Of a DNA stretch of 64,000 bases, positions 37,181 to 46,748 are shown in pieces. The translations under genes and the position numbers were made by a program. Positions within the stretch are counted from its first letter, which is position 1. Every line of letters starts with the position of its first letter. The DNA comes from Candidatus Magasanikbacteria bacterium CG10_big_fil_rev_8_21_14_0_10_47_10. Lineage in GTDB: Bacteria > Patescibacteriota > Patescibacteriia > Magasanikbacterales > UBA922. The notes beneath the pieces were generated by a model. It did no database searches, was not told where the DNA came from, and was given only the letters and a program-made list of their open reading frames with translations. The stretch covers positions 4,203 to 68,202 of the forward strand of contig PFCB01000028.1 of assembly GCA_002773135.1 (NCBI GenBank). The letters run 5' to 3'.

Positions 37181-39544
37181 TTATTGCGTATTACGAACAG
37201 TCCGCGGCGCGACAATGTCACCCTCGAGTGACGCGACAATTGCGTCAATTGATTCAAAAGACGCCAACATATCACACGCTCGGTCAAATACGGTCAAAAA
37301 TTCATCCACGTGTTCACGGGTATGCAAATAACTCAGAAGCACGGAGCTTGTAAATAAGATACCGGATTTATGCAAGTGTTCATATACAAATGTTTTGTAC
37401 ACGCGCGCTTCATAGTCATCTTGCAACTGAATGGTCATGACCGGATGCGGTCCGCAACCGCTCAATATGATTGGAACCTCATACTTCCGGGCAATCGCGT
37501 TGCCCCGGTCTATCATGTATTGACCAATATCAAATAAGTGGGAATGCACATCACCAAACTCCCTCATCATGGCAATGGTTTCCAGGGCGGCGACCATCCC
37601 GGGAACATAGCCCCCAAAGGTTGTGGAGACAAATACTTCATCCATCCGGCGCATATATTCCGCTTTCCCGCAAATGGCGGACAAAGGAAATCCCCCTGAA
37701 ATAGCTTTCCCAAAACACCCTATGTCTGGCGTCACACCATAATACTCCTGCGCGCCACCCAACGCCCATCGAAACCCTGTGACCATTTCGTCAAAGATAA
37801 GCAGCGCACCGTGCGCGTGCGCTATTTCCTTTATTTTTGCAAGAAAATCATCGGTTGGATGCTCGGATGATGCAGGCTCCAGTATAACCGCGCAAATTGA
37901 GTCCGGATTCTCCCGAAATATTTTTTCCAATGACGCCGGATTGTTGTACTCAAAATCATGTGTCATTGTTTTTATACTCTCTGGCACGCCATTGCTGCGC
38001 CCGGCCTTCGTGCAAATACTCCAGTCTTGCCAGCCATGATAGCCGCACTTTGCAACGTGATCTCGGCCGGTCACATATCGTGCGAGACGGATGGCGCCGC
38101 TTGTCGCGTCATTACCATTGATTAAAAAACGGCTCATTTCCGCACAAGGTACGACCTCTCGTAAAACAGTGGCCAACTCCAATTCTTTTTCCGATGGCAA
38201 TGAAAAAATAGTGCCGCGGTCAATTTGTTCTTTCACCGCCGTATTTATTCTGTTATGCGCGTAACCAAATACCATGGGACCCAGCGCCATCAGAAAGTCG
38301 AGATACTTATTTCCGTCCGCATCCCATATATGCACGCCCTGCGCGCGTGCAATCGTAAGCGGCGTTACCCCCACCACAAACTGCGTTGGTGTTTTGCTCA
38401 ATGTCTGCGATGCCCCCGGGATATATTGTTGTATTTCTTTTAATTGTTCTCGTTTGTCCATATGAATTTGCGGCGTAAAGTAAGTGATTTCATCAAACGC
38501 CGTTAAAAATTTTGTGATATCTCCAGCCCAGGCGCTATCGGTTTTCGTATACATCTCCCGCAAGACATAAAGCGTTTTAATCAAAAAATCATCCAATATA
38601 AGCACGTGCAAAAGATCCTTCTCTTGGCGCGCCAGTGGCATTTCTGCTTCATACGCGCTCAAAAATATTTTGGTCAAAGACAGCGCTGTTGTCGCAACAT
38701 CTGCAGTGGACTGATCAACAAAAAATTGCCTGCCAAACCGATAGATCGCAAACGCGACATCACGCGCACGCTGACTCACGCGCAGTGCGTCAAAATCAAG
38801 AATCGCCGCGAGCGTATCTCCTTTCATGATCACGTTGTGAGGATGCAAATCAGAATGAATAATTTGCGTTGGTAGCGCGTCGATCTTGGCTCTGTTGGCA
38901 TCAACACGGACAACAGCGGCGCGGAGCGCCGGCATGGACGCTATGACCATTTCATCTGTCTGAGTGCGCACGTCCTTCTGCTCTATGTGCTCCGCAATTT
39001 CTACAAAATCTTTCTCTGTATAGGATGGTATGACATTAAAATATGCCTTTGTCTGTTTACTATGGCCTTCAATATCAGAAGCAAGAGTGGCCTCTAATCC
39101 CGCCAGCCCCTTGTGGACCTTTGCGACTGCCATGGCAACAGACGCCAGAGCCTCCTGCGTTGGAACAAAATGAGATCCATCAATAAAACGGAATACGGTG
39201 TACAATATGCCGTGACGCTGAACATATCCCTGCCCGTCAATGGTTTTAATGGCTTCACTTACAGGAATGCCCAGATCCATCAGCGCCTCCACAACCGACA
39301 TATATCTGCGAACTTGCGCTTCGCTATCAATCAGTTGATTTCTTCGCACCAGCAATGTTTCGTTCTCAAGTACCACCTTGTAGTTGCTCGAATTTATTTC
39401 ATTTCTACTCAATTGCGTAATATCGTGAATACCACCATTCTTTCCATACGCAGCCAAAATTTCAGCAAACATGCCCCAGTCCCCGGCATACGGCTCGTAG
39501 GTGATCAGCGGGTCAGAAAAATTGTCTTTTGGGAATACTGTCAT
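37181..39544 (-). CDS. Bifunctional fusion: N-terminal APH/choline-kinase-like small-molecule kinase + C-terminal class III (PLP) aminotransferase (GSA-aminomutase-like)
   Basis: 787 aa; kinase catalytic motif IIHSDLHPHNVIM and DFD; aminotransferase-III motifs GVHIWDADGNKYLDF, LIFDEMVTGFR, CFGKAISGG (Lys). Confidence 0.75.
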   Translation of the reverse strand: MTVFPKDNFSDPLITYEPYAGDWGMFAEILAAYGKNGGIHDITQLSRNEINSSNYKVVLENETLLVRRNQLIDSEAQVRRYMSVVEALMDLGIPVSEAIKTIDGQGYVQRHGILYTVFRFIDGSHFVPTQEALASVAMAVAKVHKGLAGLEATLASDIEGHSKQTKAYFNVIPSYTEKDFVEIAEHIEQKDVRTQTDEMVIASMPALRAAVVRVDANRAKIDALPTQIIHSDLHPHNVIMKGDTLAAILDFDALRVSQRARDVAFAIYRFGRQFFVDQSTADVATTALSLTKIFLSAYEAEMPLARQEKDLLHVLILDDFLIKTLYVLREMYTKTDSAWAGDITKFLTAFDEITYFTPQIHMDKREQLKEIQQYIPGASQTLSKTPTQFVVGVTPLTIARAQGVHIWDADGNKYLDFLMALGPMVFGYAHNRINTAVKEQIDRGTIFSLPSEKELELATVLREVVPCAEMSRFLINGNDATSGAIRLARYVTGRDHVAKCGYHGWQDWSICTKAGRSNGVPESIKTMTHDFEYNNPASLEKIFRENPDSICAVILEPASSEHPTDDFLAKIKEIAHAHGALLIFDEMVTGFRWALGGAQEYYGVTPDIGCFGKAISGGFPLSAICGKAEYMRRMDEVFVSTTFGGYVPGMVAALETIAMMREFGDVHSHLFDIGQYMIDRGNAIARKYEVPIILSGCGPHPVMTIQLQDDYEARVYKTFVYEHLHKSGILFTSSVLLSYLHTREHVDEFLTVFDRACDMLASFESIDAIVASLEGDIVAPRTVRNTQ

Positions 39545-39939
39545 ACAGCTGAATAGTCCGCCTCTGAATATGAATCCGCTTTTGCCGGATCAAATAGCGT
39601 CGCACGATATTCAATGAATATCACATCTGTCAGGGCCTCCATTTCATGGTATACATCCTTTTCAATTATCACATACGACATTGGATCAATATCCTGGCGC
39701 AGATCCTCCCCTTTTCTATTTTTTGCATACAATCGAATTTGTCCGGAAATCAAAAAAAATAGCTCCGGATCTTTTGAAGGATCAATGCCGGTATGGAAAT
39801 GATTTGCAAATGTACTGCCCTGCTTTCGCGTATACAGCGTCACTTGCTTGCCGGGAAGATTCCGGAACAACTCAAAAACATCACCACGATCATCCGATGG
39901 GCTGTTTGAGACACCCTTTGTGATGGTAATGCCTTTCAT
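39541..39939 (-). CDS. Cupin-fold protein (WxcM/FdtA-like sugar 3,4-ketoisomerase-type domain)
   Basis: Start at MKGITITKG; motif SDDRGDVFELF...HFH resembles DxRGxLxxxE...HAH of FdtA/WxcM cupins. Confidence 0.5.
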   Translation of the reverse strand: MKGITITKGVSNSPSDDRGDVFELFRNLPGKQVTLYTRKQGSTFANHFHTGIDPSKDPELFFLISGQIRLYAKNRKGEDLRQDIDPMSYVIIEKDVYHEMEALTDVIFIEYRATLFDPAKADSYSEADYSAV

Positions 39940-39940
39940 A

Positions 39941-40696
39941 TTAGGTGTTGAGCGCCTCCTTAAAAAACTGCATGTTTTTGACATCATTTGACAATCCATC
40001 CTGCTTGGGTGTTTCAAAAACGAGCTGCGCATCTGATTGAATAAATCGGTTATTCAACTCGCTGCGAACCCAGGCAGCGTCAATGCGGCTCTCCCACAAA
40101 TTTGTATGCTCATCCACGGCATGAGATATGTCGCCTCCGGAAATATGAAAATATGTTGGCTTCAACGCATCCAAGCAGTCTGCTACAAATGTTTTGTAAT
40201 CAAGCCCTTGATAGACCGCCGCTTTTGCTGCCTTTTCAAAATCAAAGCAAATTGGTTTGACTGCGGCGATCTGCTTAAGCTGTTCAAGCGTTTGTGCGTA
40301 CATTGGCTGCTCGTTGGTATCAAGACCTGCCATGTTTTCTATCAGAATGCGCGGATCATCAATCCTCTCCAGCTCATGAAAAAATGATTCAAACGTATGA
40401 TTCTGCCCGGGATGAACAATAATCTTCTGCGCGCCCAGATAATCAGCAAGCCGTCTGGTTCCCTCCCATATTTTTAATTGCTCGGGGCCAATCATGAACT
40501 CGTGAAATCCGCTTGTATGGGTATGATGAATTTCAACTGGCACCTCTTGGAGCGAGTCAAAATGTTCCATTTCATCAGCGGATCCCGGGTTGTGGTACAG
40601 TTCAATAAAATCAACAATCCCTTTCTTGTATAGCAAAACGGCCTCTGTAAAAAGGTCTTTATTATTGGTCCAAAGCTTTAATCCGTACTTAATCAT
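39941..40696 (-). CDS. Xylose-isomerase-like TIM-barrel (sugar phosphate isomerase/epimerase family) protein
   Basis: Start at MIKYGLKLWT; His/Glu-rich barrel pattern (EIHHTHTSGFHE, HPG); family assignment tentative. Confidence 0.4.
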   Translation of the reverse strand: MIKYGLKLWTNNKDLFTEAVLLYKKGIVDFIELYHNPGSADEMEHFDSLQEVPVEIHHTHTSGFHEFMIGPEQLKIWEGTRRLADYLGAQKIIVHPGQNHTFESFFHELERIDDPRILIENMAGLDTNEQPMYAQTLEQLKQIAAVKPICFDFEKAAKAAVYQGLDYKTFVADCLDALKPTYFHISGGDISHAVDEHTNLWESRIDAAWVRSELNNRFIQSDAQLVFETPKQDGLSNDVKNMQFFKEALNT

Positions 40697-41154
40697 ACAG
40701 GAATAGCTTTGGTCATGTGCAGCCACGCATCATCACGCGTCCGTTCCGTAAAGCCATATTTGGAAAGAAGCCTTTGCGAGCCACTGTTTGTACGAGAAAC
40801 AATCGCGTGAATCTCTGCTCCCTTCTGCATCATGGCAAGCGTTTCTCCAAGAAGCCGCGAGCCCACGCCTTGCCCATGATATGCAGGATCAAGGGCAATG
40901 GAAAGCACATACGATCCATCATTATCAACATCATATCGGCAATACCCGATGACCTCAGCCGCAGTACGCATCACATAACAACGATTGAGCCCGCCACCTA
41001 TATATGCCTTGGTAAACCACTGAATGTGGTTTGAAAGAGCCGGTATCTCTTTGGTCCGTGCAAAGGCATTCACTTCCGAAGAATACCGAATACGCCAGAC
41101 AGCCTCTGCATCATCCGCGTTTGCTTCATCGATTGTCATTTGAGCAGGCTCCAT
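40693..41154 (-). CDS. GNAT N-acetyltransferase (PseH-like candidate)
   Basis: 153 aa; acetyl-CoA motif QGVGSRLLGETLAMMQ; position between aminotransferase and NeuB-like synthase. Confidence 0.6.
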   Translation of the reverse strand: MEPAQMTIDEANADDAEAVWRIRYSSEVNAFARTKEIPALSNHIQWFTKAYIGGGLNRCYVMRTAAEVIGYCRYDVDNDGSYVLSIALDPAYHGQGVGSRLLGETLAMMQKGAEIHAIVSRTNSGSQRLLSKYGFTERTRDDAWLHMTKAIPV

Positions 41155-41159
41155 ATGGG

Positions 41160-42263
41160 TTACAGGTCACTGCGTCCTTCCATGCCAATAATCTGACGCC
41201 ACGCGAGCGGTGTTCCGGACTCAATATCTTCCGCAGCGGCCTTTCCCAATACTTCTTCATAATACCTCGGCTGCAGCCCAAAATTCGGGCGAATCACGCG
41301 AATCGTATCCGGTGTAAAAATATCCCCTTTTTTAATATCGCGTGTCACAAAAATGGATTTTCGATATCTGATATTGTGTTCCTCCGGCTTGCTCTGGATT
41401 CCATAATTCACTTTTCCCTTTATTTTTTCGGCGCGGCGCACATCGCGCACAAATTGCGTAAATTCTGCAGGCCCCACAGAAAAATTTGCGTCAAATGTTT
41501 TGTCATCAGAATCGGCCACAACATGCTTTTCAATCATTGACGCTCCCATAATCGCCGCCTGCAATGGAATTTCACTGCCGGCGTTATTATCAGAAAATCC
41601 AACAACCACATCAAATTGCTTCGCAATATCCAGCATGGTGGCCATATTGGTGTCTTCGGGCTGAGGATCACCCGAATACGCGGTCACGCAATGAAAAATA
41701 CCAATATCACTTGCTCCATGCTGACGCAACGTATCAACAGCCAACTTGATTTCTTGTTCCGATGCAAAGCCCGTTGACATGATCACCGGCTTCCCCGTCT
41801 GCGCAATGCGTTTGAGAAGTGGAATATCAGTGACTTCGTAGGAAGCGACTTTATATAAAGGAACATCTAATGTCTCCAAAAAATCAACTGCGGTCGAATC
41901 AAATGGCGTGCTAAAAAAAACAAGATCCAATTCCTCTGCGATTTTCTGCAATGGCGCGTGCCACTCACGCGGTGTATACGCCTTTTGATAAATACTATAC
42001 AATGTCTCACCGGTCCACGAATCAGGATTACCACCACCGCCCACTTGAAAATATTCTTTTCTTGAATCAATGGTCATCCCGTCGGCAGTGTATGTTTGCA
42101 ACTTGATCGCATCCGCCCCGGCCGCGGCCGCGGCCTTCACAATATCAACCGCTTTTTCATACACGCCGCCATGATTTGCAGACATTTCGGCAATAATAAA
42201 ACACGGATTGTTTCCACCAATCTCCCGCTTCCCCTTTGGCGTGTTGATCGTAAATGTCTGCAT
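41160..42263 (-). CDS. Nonulosonic acid synthase (NeuB/PseI/LegI family, PEP-dependent) with C-terminal SAF/antifreeze-like domain
   Basis: 367 aa; CFIIAEMSANHGG, AIKLQTY motifs; SAF-like tail FVTRDIKKGDIFTPDTIRVIRP. Confidence 0.85.
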   Translation of the reverse strand: MQTFTINTPKGKREIGGNNPCFIIAEMSANHGGVYEKAVDIVKAAAAAGADAIKLQTYTADGMTIDSRKEYFQVGGGGNPDSWTGETLYSIYQKAYTPREWHAPLQKIAEELDLVFFSTPFDSTAVDFLETLDVPLYKVASYEVTDIPLLKRIAQTGKPVIMSTGFASEQEIKLAVDTLRQHGASDIGIFHCVTAYSGDPQPEDTNMATMLDIAKQFDVVVGFSDNNAGSEIPLQAAIMGASMIEKHVVADSDDKTFDANFSVGPAEFTQFVRDVRRAEKIKGKVNYGIQSKPEEHNIRYRKSIFVTRDIKKGDIFTPDTIRVIRPNFGLQPRYYEEVLGKAAAEDIESGTPLAWRQIIGMEGRSDL

Positions 42264-42272
42264 ATACGGTAG

Positions 42273-43415
42273 CTACGTGGATTGATGCCCAACGCACTCT
42301 TTTATCGTTTCAATAACATACGCTTGCTCATCGGGCTGCAAGGTTGGATATATTGGCAGTGACAAGATAGACTCATACCATTTTTCAGCAACAGGACAGT
42401 GCCCTTTTTGATATCCTAGTGAACGGTAGTATGGGTGGTAATAAACCGGAATATAGTGCACCTGCACCCACATATTTTTTGCTCTCAATGCGGCGAATAC
42501 CTCTGCCCGCTTTCCCTCTGCCGCACCGGCGAGCCGAATAACATATAAATGCCACGCGGATTGGTACAGGGAGTCGTCCGCCATGGGTGTCTCAATTTCC
42601 GTAACCGACGCAAATGCGTCATGATAGCGTGCGGCAATATCACGCCTTTTGGCAATAAACTCATTAAGCTTGCCAAGTTGACTCCTCCCCAGTGCCGCGT
42701 GGATATCGCTCAGCCGGTAATTATTGCCAAGCAACTGCATCTCATGATACCAACCCCCCGGTGATTCGGATTGCAAGTCTGTGCTCGTTATCCCATGCGT
42801 GGCAAACTGTTTCATTGTTTTATATACATGACGGTCGTTGGTCAACACTGCTCCCCCTTCCCCTGTTGTAATGCTTTTGACCGGATGAAAACTAAACGCT
42901 GTCATATCGGCAATTGATCCAACCATTTTTTCATTGTACGTTGCTCCCAGCGCGTGGCAACCATCTGCAATAACCAAGAGCCCATGACGGTCCGCGATTG
43001 CGCGAATAGCATCATAATCAACCGGACGCCCCGTATAGTCGATAGGAACAATGGCCTTTGTCCGCGGTGTGATTGCCGCTTCAATTTTTGATGGATCAAT
43101 GTTGCCGGTTGCTGGATCAATATCAACAAAAATGGGCGTTGCTCCCTGGAACAATGCGGCGTTCCCGGTTGCGGCAAACGTCATGGGGGATGTAATAATT
43201 TCATCACCCGGGCCAATGCCCGCGGCAACATACGCGGCATGCAGGGCCGCTGTCCCGTTTGAAACGGCAACCGCATATGACGCGCCACAAAAATCCGCCA
43301 GCGCTTCTTCAAACGCTGTTACTGCCGGCCCCTGAGTCAGATAGTCCGAGCGAAGAACACTGACAACAGCATCAATATCATCATCTCCAATAGTTTGTTT
43401 GCCGTAGGATATCAT
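42273..43415 (-). CDS. DegT/DnrJ/EryC1-family PLP aminotransferase (PseC/LegC-like UDP-4-keto-sugar aminotransferase)
   Basis: 380 aa; MISYGKQTIGDDDIDAVVSVLRSDYLTQGP N-terminus typical of PseC; HPVKS(I)TTGEGG PLP-Lys. Confidence 0.85.
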   Translation of the reverse strand: MISYGKQTIGDDDIDAVVSVLRSDYLTQGPAVTAFEEALADFCGASYAVAVSNGTAALHAAYVAAGIGPGDEIITSPMTFAATGNAALFQGATPIFVDIDPATGNIDPSKIEAAITPRTKAIVPIDYTGRPVDYDAIRAIADRHGLLVIADGCHALGATYNEKMVGSIADMTAFSFHPVKSITTGEGGAVLTNDRHVYKTMKQFATHGITSTDLQSESPGGWYHEMQLLGNNYRLSDIHAALGRSQLGKLNEFIAKRRDIAARYHDAFASVTEIETPMADDSLYQSAWHLYVIRLAGAAEGKRAEVFAALRAKNMWVQVHYIPVYYHPYYRSLGYQKGHCPVAEKWYESILSLPIYPTLQPDEQAYVIETIKECVGHQST

Positions 43416-44416
43416 ATTGATGCAAGAAGCTCTTTTAATGTCTGCTCATTGAGCCACACTGGATTATTGTCACTGGAGTAAAAAAAATCTTTGCGTACAT
43501 CAGGCAAATTCTCGTATACACTTCGCAGCCGTTCATCCCCATGTGGCAAAATAACAAAATGCCGATCCGTCTCTTTTGCGTTTCTCGCTTCCTCCTTTGT
43601 CACCAAGGTCTCATGCATTTTTTCTCCGGGACGAATCCCAACTTCATGAATCCGGCACTCCGGAGCAACAATAGCAATAAACTCTTGAACCTTCATGCTT
43701 GGAATTTTTGGAATAAACATTTCTCCGCCGTGCATGTGTTCCAAGGCGTGGAGAACCAAGTCAACACCGGCATCAAGCGTGATCCAAAATCGTGTCATTT
43801 CCGAATGTGTCAAGGTGATCGCGCCGGTTGCTCGTTGACGTTCAATCACTTGCAACAGGCTTCCGCGACTTCCCAACACATTGCCATAGCGCACAACACT
43901 CATGCGTGTCGCGCGATCATTAAAGGCGGTTGAACTGCTCACAACCAATTTTTCAGCGCAAAGCTTTGTCGCGCCGTACAAATTTGCCGGCCCTGCCGCC
44001 TTGTCGGTCGATACCAGTACCAACCGTTGTACATTATTGTCCACTGCCGCCTGAATCACGTTTTGCGTCCCCAAAATATTTGTTTTAATCGCCTCAAACG
44101 GATTATACTCAAGCGCGGGCACCTGCTTGAGCGCGGCGGCATGCACGACATAGTCCACGCCACAAAATGCGCTGCGGAGTCTATCAATATCACGAACATC
44201 ACCAATAAAAAAACGAAGTTTACCCTGCGGATCCTCAATATCAGTCATCATGACTGATTGCTTGAGCTCATCACGACTAAAAATAATAATGCGCCGCGCA
44301 TCGCTGTCCGCCAGCAAGCGTCGAATAAACTGCTGACCGAATGATCCGGTCCCGCCGGTGATCAAAATTGACTTATTTTTGAGAAATTCGAGAGACATAG
44401 AGTGGTTAAAAGACAA
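43412..44416 (-). CDS. UDP-N-acetylglucosamine 4,6-dehydratase (PseB/FlaA1-type short-form)
   Basis: 334 aa; KSILITGGTGSFGQQF signature. Confidence 0.85.
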   Translation of the reverse strand: MSFNHSMSLEFLKNKSILITGGTGSFGQQFIRRLLADSDARRIIIFSRDELKQSVMMTDIEDPQGKLRFFIGDVRDIDRLRSAFCGVDYVVHAAALKQVPALEYNPFEAIKTNILGTQNVIQAAVDNNVQRLVLVSTDKAAGPANLYGATKLCAEKLVVSSSTAFNDRATRMSVVRYGNVLGSRGSLLQVIERQRATGAITLTHSEMTRFWITLDAGVDLVLHALEHMHGGEMFIPKIPSMKVQEFIAIVAPECRIHEVGIRPGEKMHETLVTKEEARNAKETDRHFVILPHGDERLRSVYENLPDVRKDFFYSSDNNPVWLNEQTLKELLASI

Positions 44417-44463
44417 AGAATATCATAGCACCTTTTGGTGCGAAAAGCAAGGGCGTGGAGAGG

Positions 44464-45561
44464 TTATTTTTCATATGTATTTCTTTCCCTAATTATTGCG
44501 AGTATCTGCTCAGCCACGCGTCCTTTTCCGTACAAGTCGCGCCACTGAATATCTTTGGTATACATCGTTTTTGCGGCTGATGCCATTGCCTCAGGACTCA
44601 CGTCAGATAAGCAATTCATCCCCGCCTCAACAGTCTCCGGCCGCTCCGTGCGTACCCGAATTGTAACACAGGGAACATGCAAAATGCTGGCTTCTTCTTG
44701 CAAACCACCGGAATCTGTAACAATAAGAGCCGCGTGTGCCTGGAGCTGCAAAAAATCAAGGTACCCCATAGGCTCAATGGTGCGAACAGCGTCAGGAACA
44801 TCAAGTCCAAAGGATTGAATATTATGTTTTGTCCGCGGATGCACAGGGAGCACAAGCGGCATCTGCAGTTCCTCCGATATACGCGACAACCCGAGCAAAA
44901 TGTTGTTCAGGACATTTTTTTGGTCGACATTTTCTGCCCGATGCGCTGTCACCAATACGTACTTCTTCTTTTCAAGTCCAAGCATGCTGCACACATTTTC
45001 ACGTGATTCGGATATCGCAAGATTTTGATAAACCGCATCTGACACAGTATTCCCGGTTACATATACCTTCTCTGCCGCTATCCCTTCATCCAAAAGATTT
45101 GTTTTTGCAATTCCCGTCGGCGCAAACAGATACTCGGCGAGATGATCTGTAAGGATCCTATTTCTTTCCTCTATCATGTTCATATCCCCACTGCGTAAAC
45201 CGGCTTCTACATGCCCAATCGGTATCTGCAATTTGTTTGCCGCCAACGCCCCGGCAAGCACGGTATTTGTATCGCCCTGCACCAACACAATATCGGGGCA
45301 GGCCTGCTTCAACACAGTCTCCAAAGCTCTCATCATATACCCCATTTGTGACGCATAGTCACGACTCCCCACACGCACGTTATGCGCAGGCGGGGAAAGG
45401 CCAAGATCGTCAAAAAAGGCGCCATCCATTGTGTGATCATAATGCTGTCCCGTATGTATCAAAACAAACGCGACCCCGTTACTCTCACAGGCCCGAATAA
45501 CCGGCGACATTTTGATAATTTCCGGGCGCGTTCCTACAATAATGGCGACAGTATAGGGCAT
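44464..45561 (-). CDS. UDP-N-acetylglucosamine 2-epimerase family (WecB/NeuC/LegG-type)
   Basis: 365 aa; MPYTVAIIVGTRPEIIKMSPVI N-terminus, HVEAGLRS motif. Confidence 0.85.
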   Translation of the reverse strand: MPYTVAIIVGTRPEIIKMSPVIRACESNGVAFVLIHTGQHYDHTMDGAFFDDLGLSPPAHNVRVGSRDYASQMGYMMRALETVLKQACPDIVLVQGDTNTVLAGALAANKLQIPIGHVEAGLRSGDMNMIEERNRILTDHLAEYLFAPTGIAKTNLLDEGIAAEKVYVTGNTVSDAVYQNLAISESRENVCSMLGLEKKKYVLVTAHRAENVDQKNVLNNILLGLSRISEELQMPLVLPVHPRTKHNIQSFGLDVPDAVRTIEPMGYLDFLQLQAHAALIVTDSGGLQEEASILHVPCVTIRVRTERPETVEAGMNCLSDVSPEAMASAAKTMYTKDIQWRDLYGKGRVAEQILAIIRERNTYEK

Positions 45562-45562
45562 A

Positions 45563-46747
45563 TCAAAAATTTAAATGGCGCAATGTATGAAAAAGTGATA
45601 CATATCGCGCCGTGGTATTACGCACATGAAATATCTCAGCCTCATGATCCTTTCTGATCGGGTGTTCATCACCGCAAATCAAGCCCGCCATATATGTGGC
45701 AAGTGCCTCTGTCTCTGAGTAAGAAAATGAACGATATCCAACTTGAGTAAGAACCGCCGCTGTCGGGCTGTTGTCTGGCGTTATTCCAATAATCGCACTT
45801 CCACTCCCAACATAATCTATCACCTTTGATGGGAGAAACGGACTATCCGGATAGTTAGCGTCAATTGCAATCAGGCAGTCTGCCCGAGTCATATGTTCCA
45901 AGCTTGTTTCATACGAAACCGGGTCAGATACCATTACAATATCCGCAAGGTCATACTTCTTTACCAGATTCATTACATCATCCTTTCCATAGCCGGAATA
46001 GGGATTGCTTGCACCAATAAGATGTACGCGCACCCGTGATCTCAGCTCCGGCTTTTCCCGCAGCATACGGCTCAGAGAATCAAACAAGACAGAAGGGGTA
46101 CGCTGTTTGTAAAAAGCGCCGATGTGGCTCAACACAAATTTTGAACGGCCAGGCTTCGCCGCCGCGGGATATTCAGAATAACAATGTGGCACAACCAGTG
46201 CCTTCTCTTGGAAAGAAGCCGGGTATTTACTCATTACCACTCTTTTTGCCACGTCATTGGTAAAAATAATACTGTCACTCTGCTTCATGACAAATGCTTC
46301 ACGTCTTTTTTCCAAAATACCTCCCATGCCGGAAAATGCCTTATATGGATTGTCGATCCATGGATCACTAAAATGAGAGACAAAAGGTCGCTTCAAAATC
46401 TTTTTGAGCATGGCTCCCAGAATGTTGCTATCCTGCGGATTGGAAAATGAAAATATCACATCAATATCATGTTCCGCGCAAATAGCAACAACTCGTTTTT
46501 TGAGATCCCGAAAATACCGCGTCCTGTACATGGCTCGCTTGAATCGGCCAAGCAGGCCACTCCCACCGCATGAAAACTGGGGGATGAAATATACCGGAAA
46601 GTCGCTTTTATACACCTGCTCGCTTTCATACGTAACCACTACCGGATCAATCCCCTGCTTGTGCCATTCCGGTAACATTTTGCCAATTAAAATAGCTTGC
46701 GGGCGAATGGCCGGTGGTGTCCAGAAGCTGAGTACAAGAATCTTCAT
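45563..46747 (-). CDS. GT-B-fold glycosyltransferase-like protein
   Basis: Start at MKILVLSFWTPP; C-terminal half resembles GT1/GT4 nucleotide-binding domain (LPSKVIDYVGSGSAIIGI). Confidence 0.45.
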   Translation of the reverse strand: MKILVLSFWTPPAIRPQAILIGKMLPEWHKQGIDPVVVTYESEQVYKSDFPVYFIPQFSCGGSGLLGRFKRAMYRTRYFRDLKKRVVAICAEHDIDVIFSFSNPQDSNILGAMLKKILKRPFVSHFSDPWIDNPYKAFSGMGGILEKRREAFVMKQSDSIIFTNDVAKRVVMSKYPASFQEKALVVPHCYSEYPAAAKPGRSKFVLSHIGAFYKQRTPSVLFDSLSRMLREKPELRSRVRVHLIGASNPYSGYGKDDVMNLVKKYDLADIVMVSDPVSYETSLEHMTRADCLIAIDANYPDSPFLPSKVIDYVGSGSAIIGITPDNSPTAAVLTQVGYRSFSYSETEALATYMAGLICGDEHPIRKDHEAEIFHVRNTTARYVSLFHTLRHLNF

Positions 46748-46748
46748 A

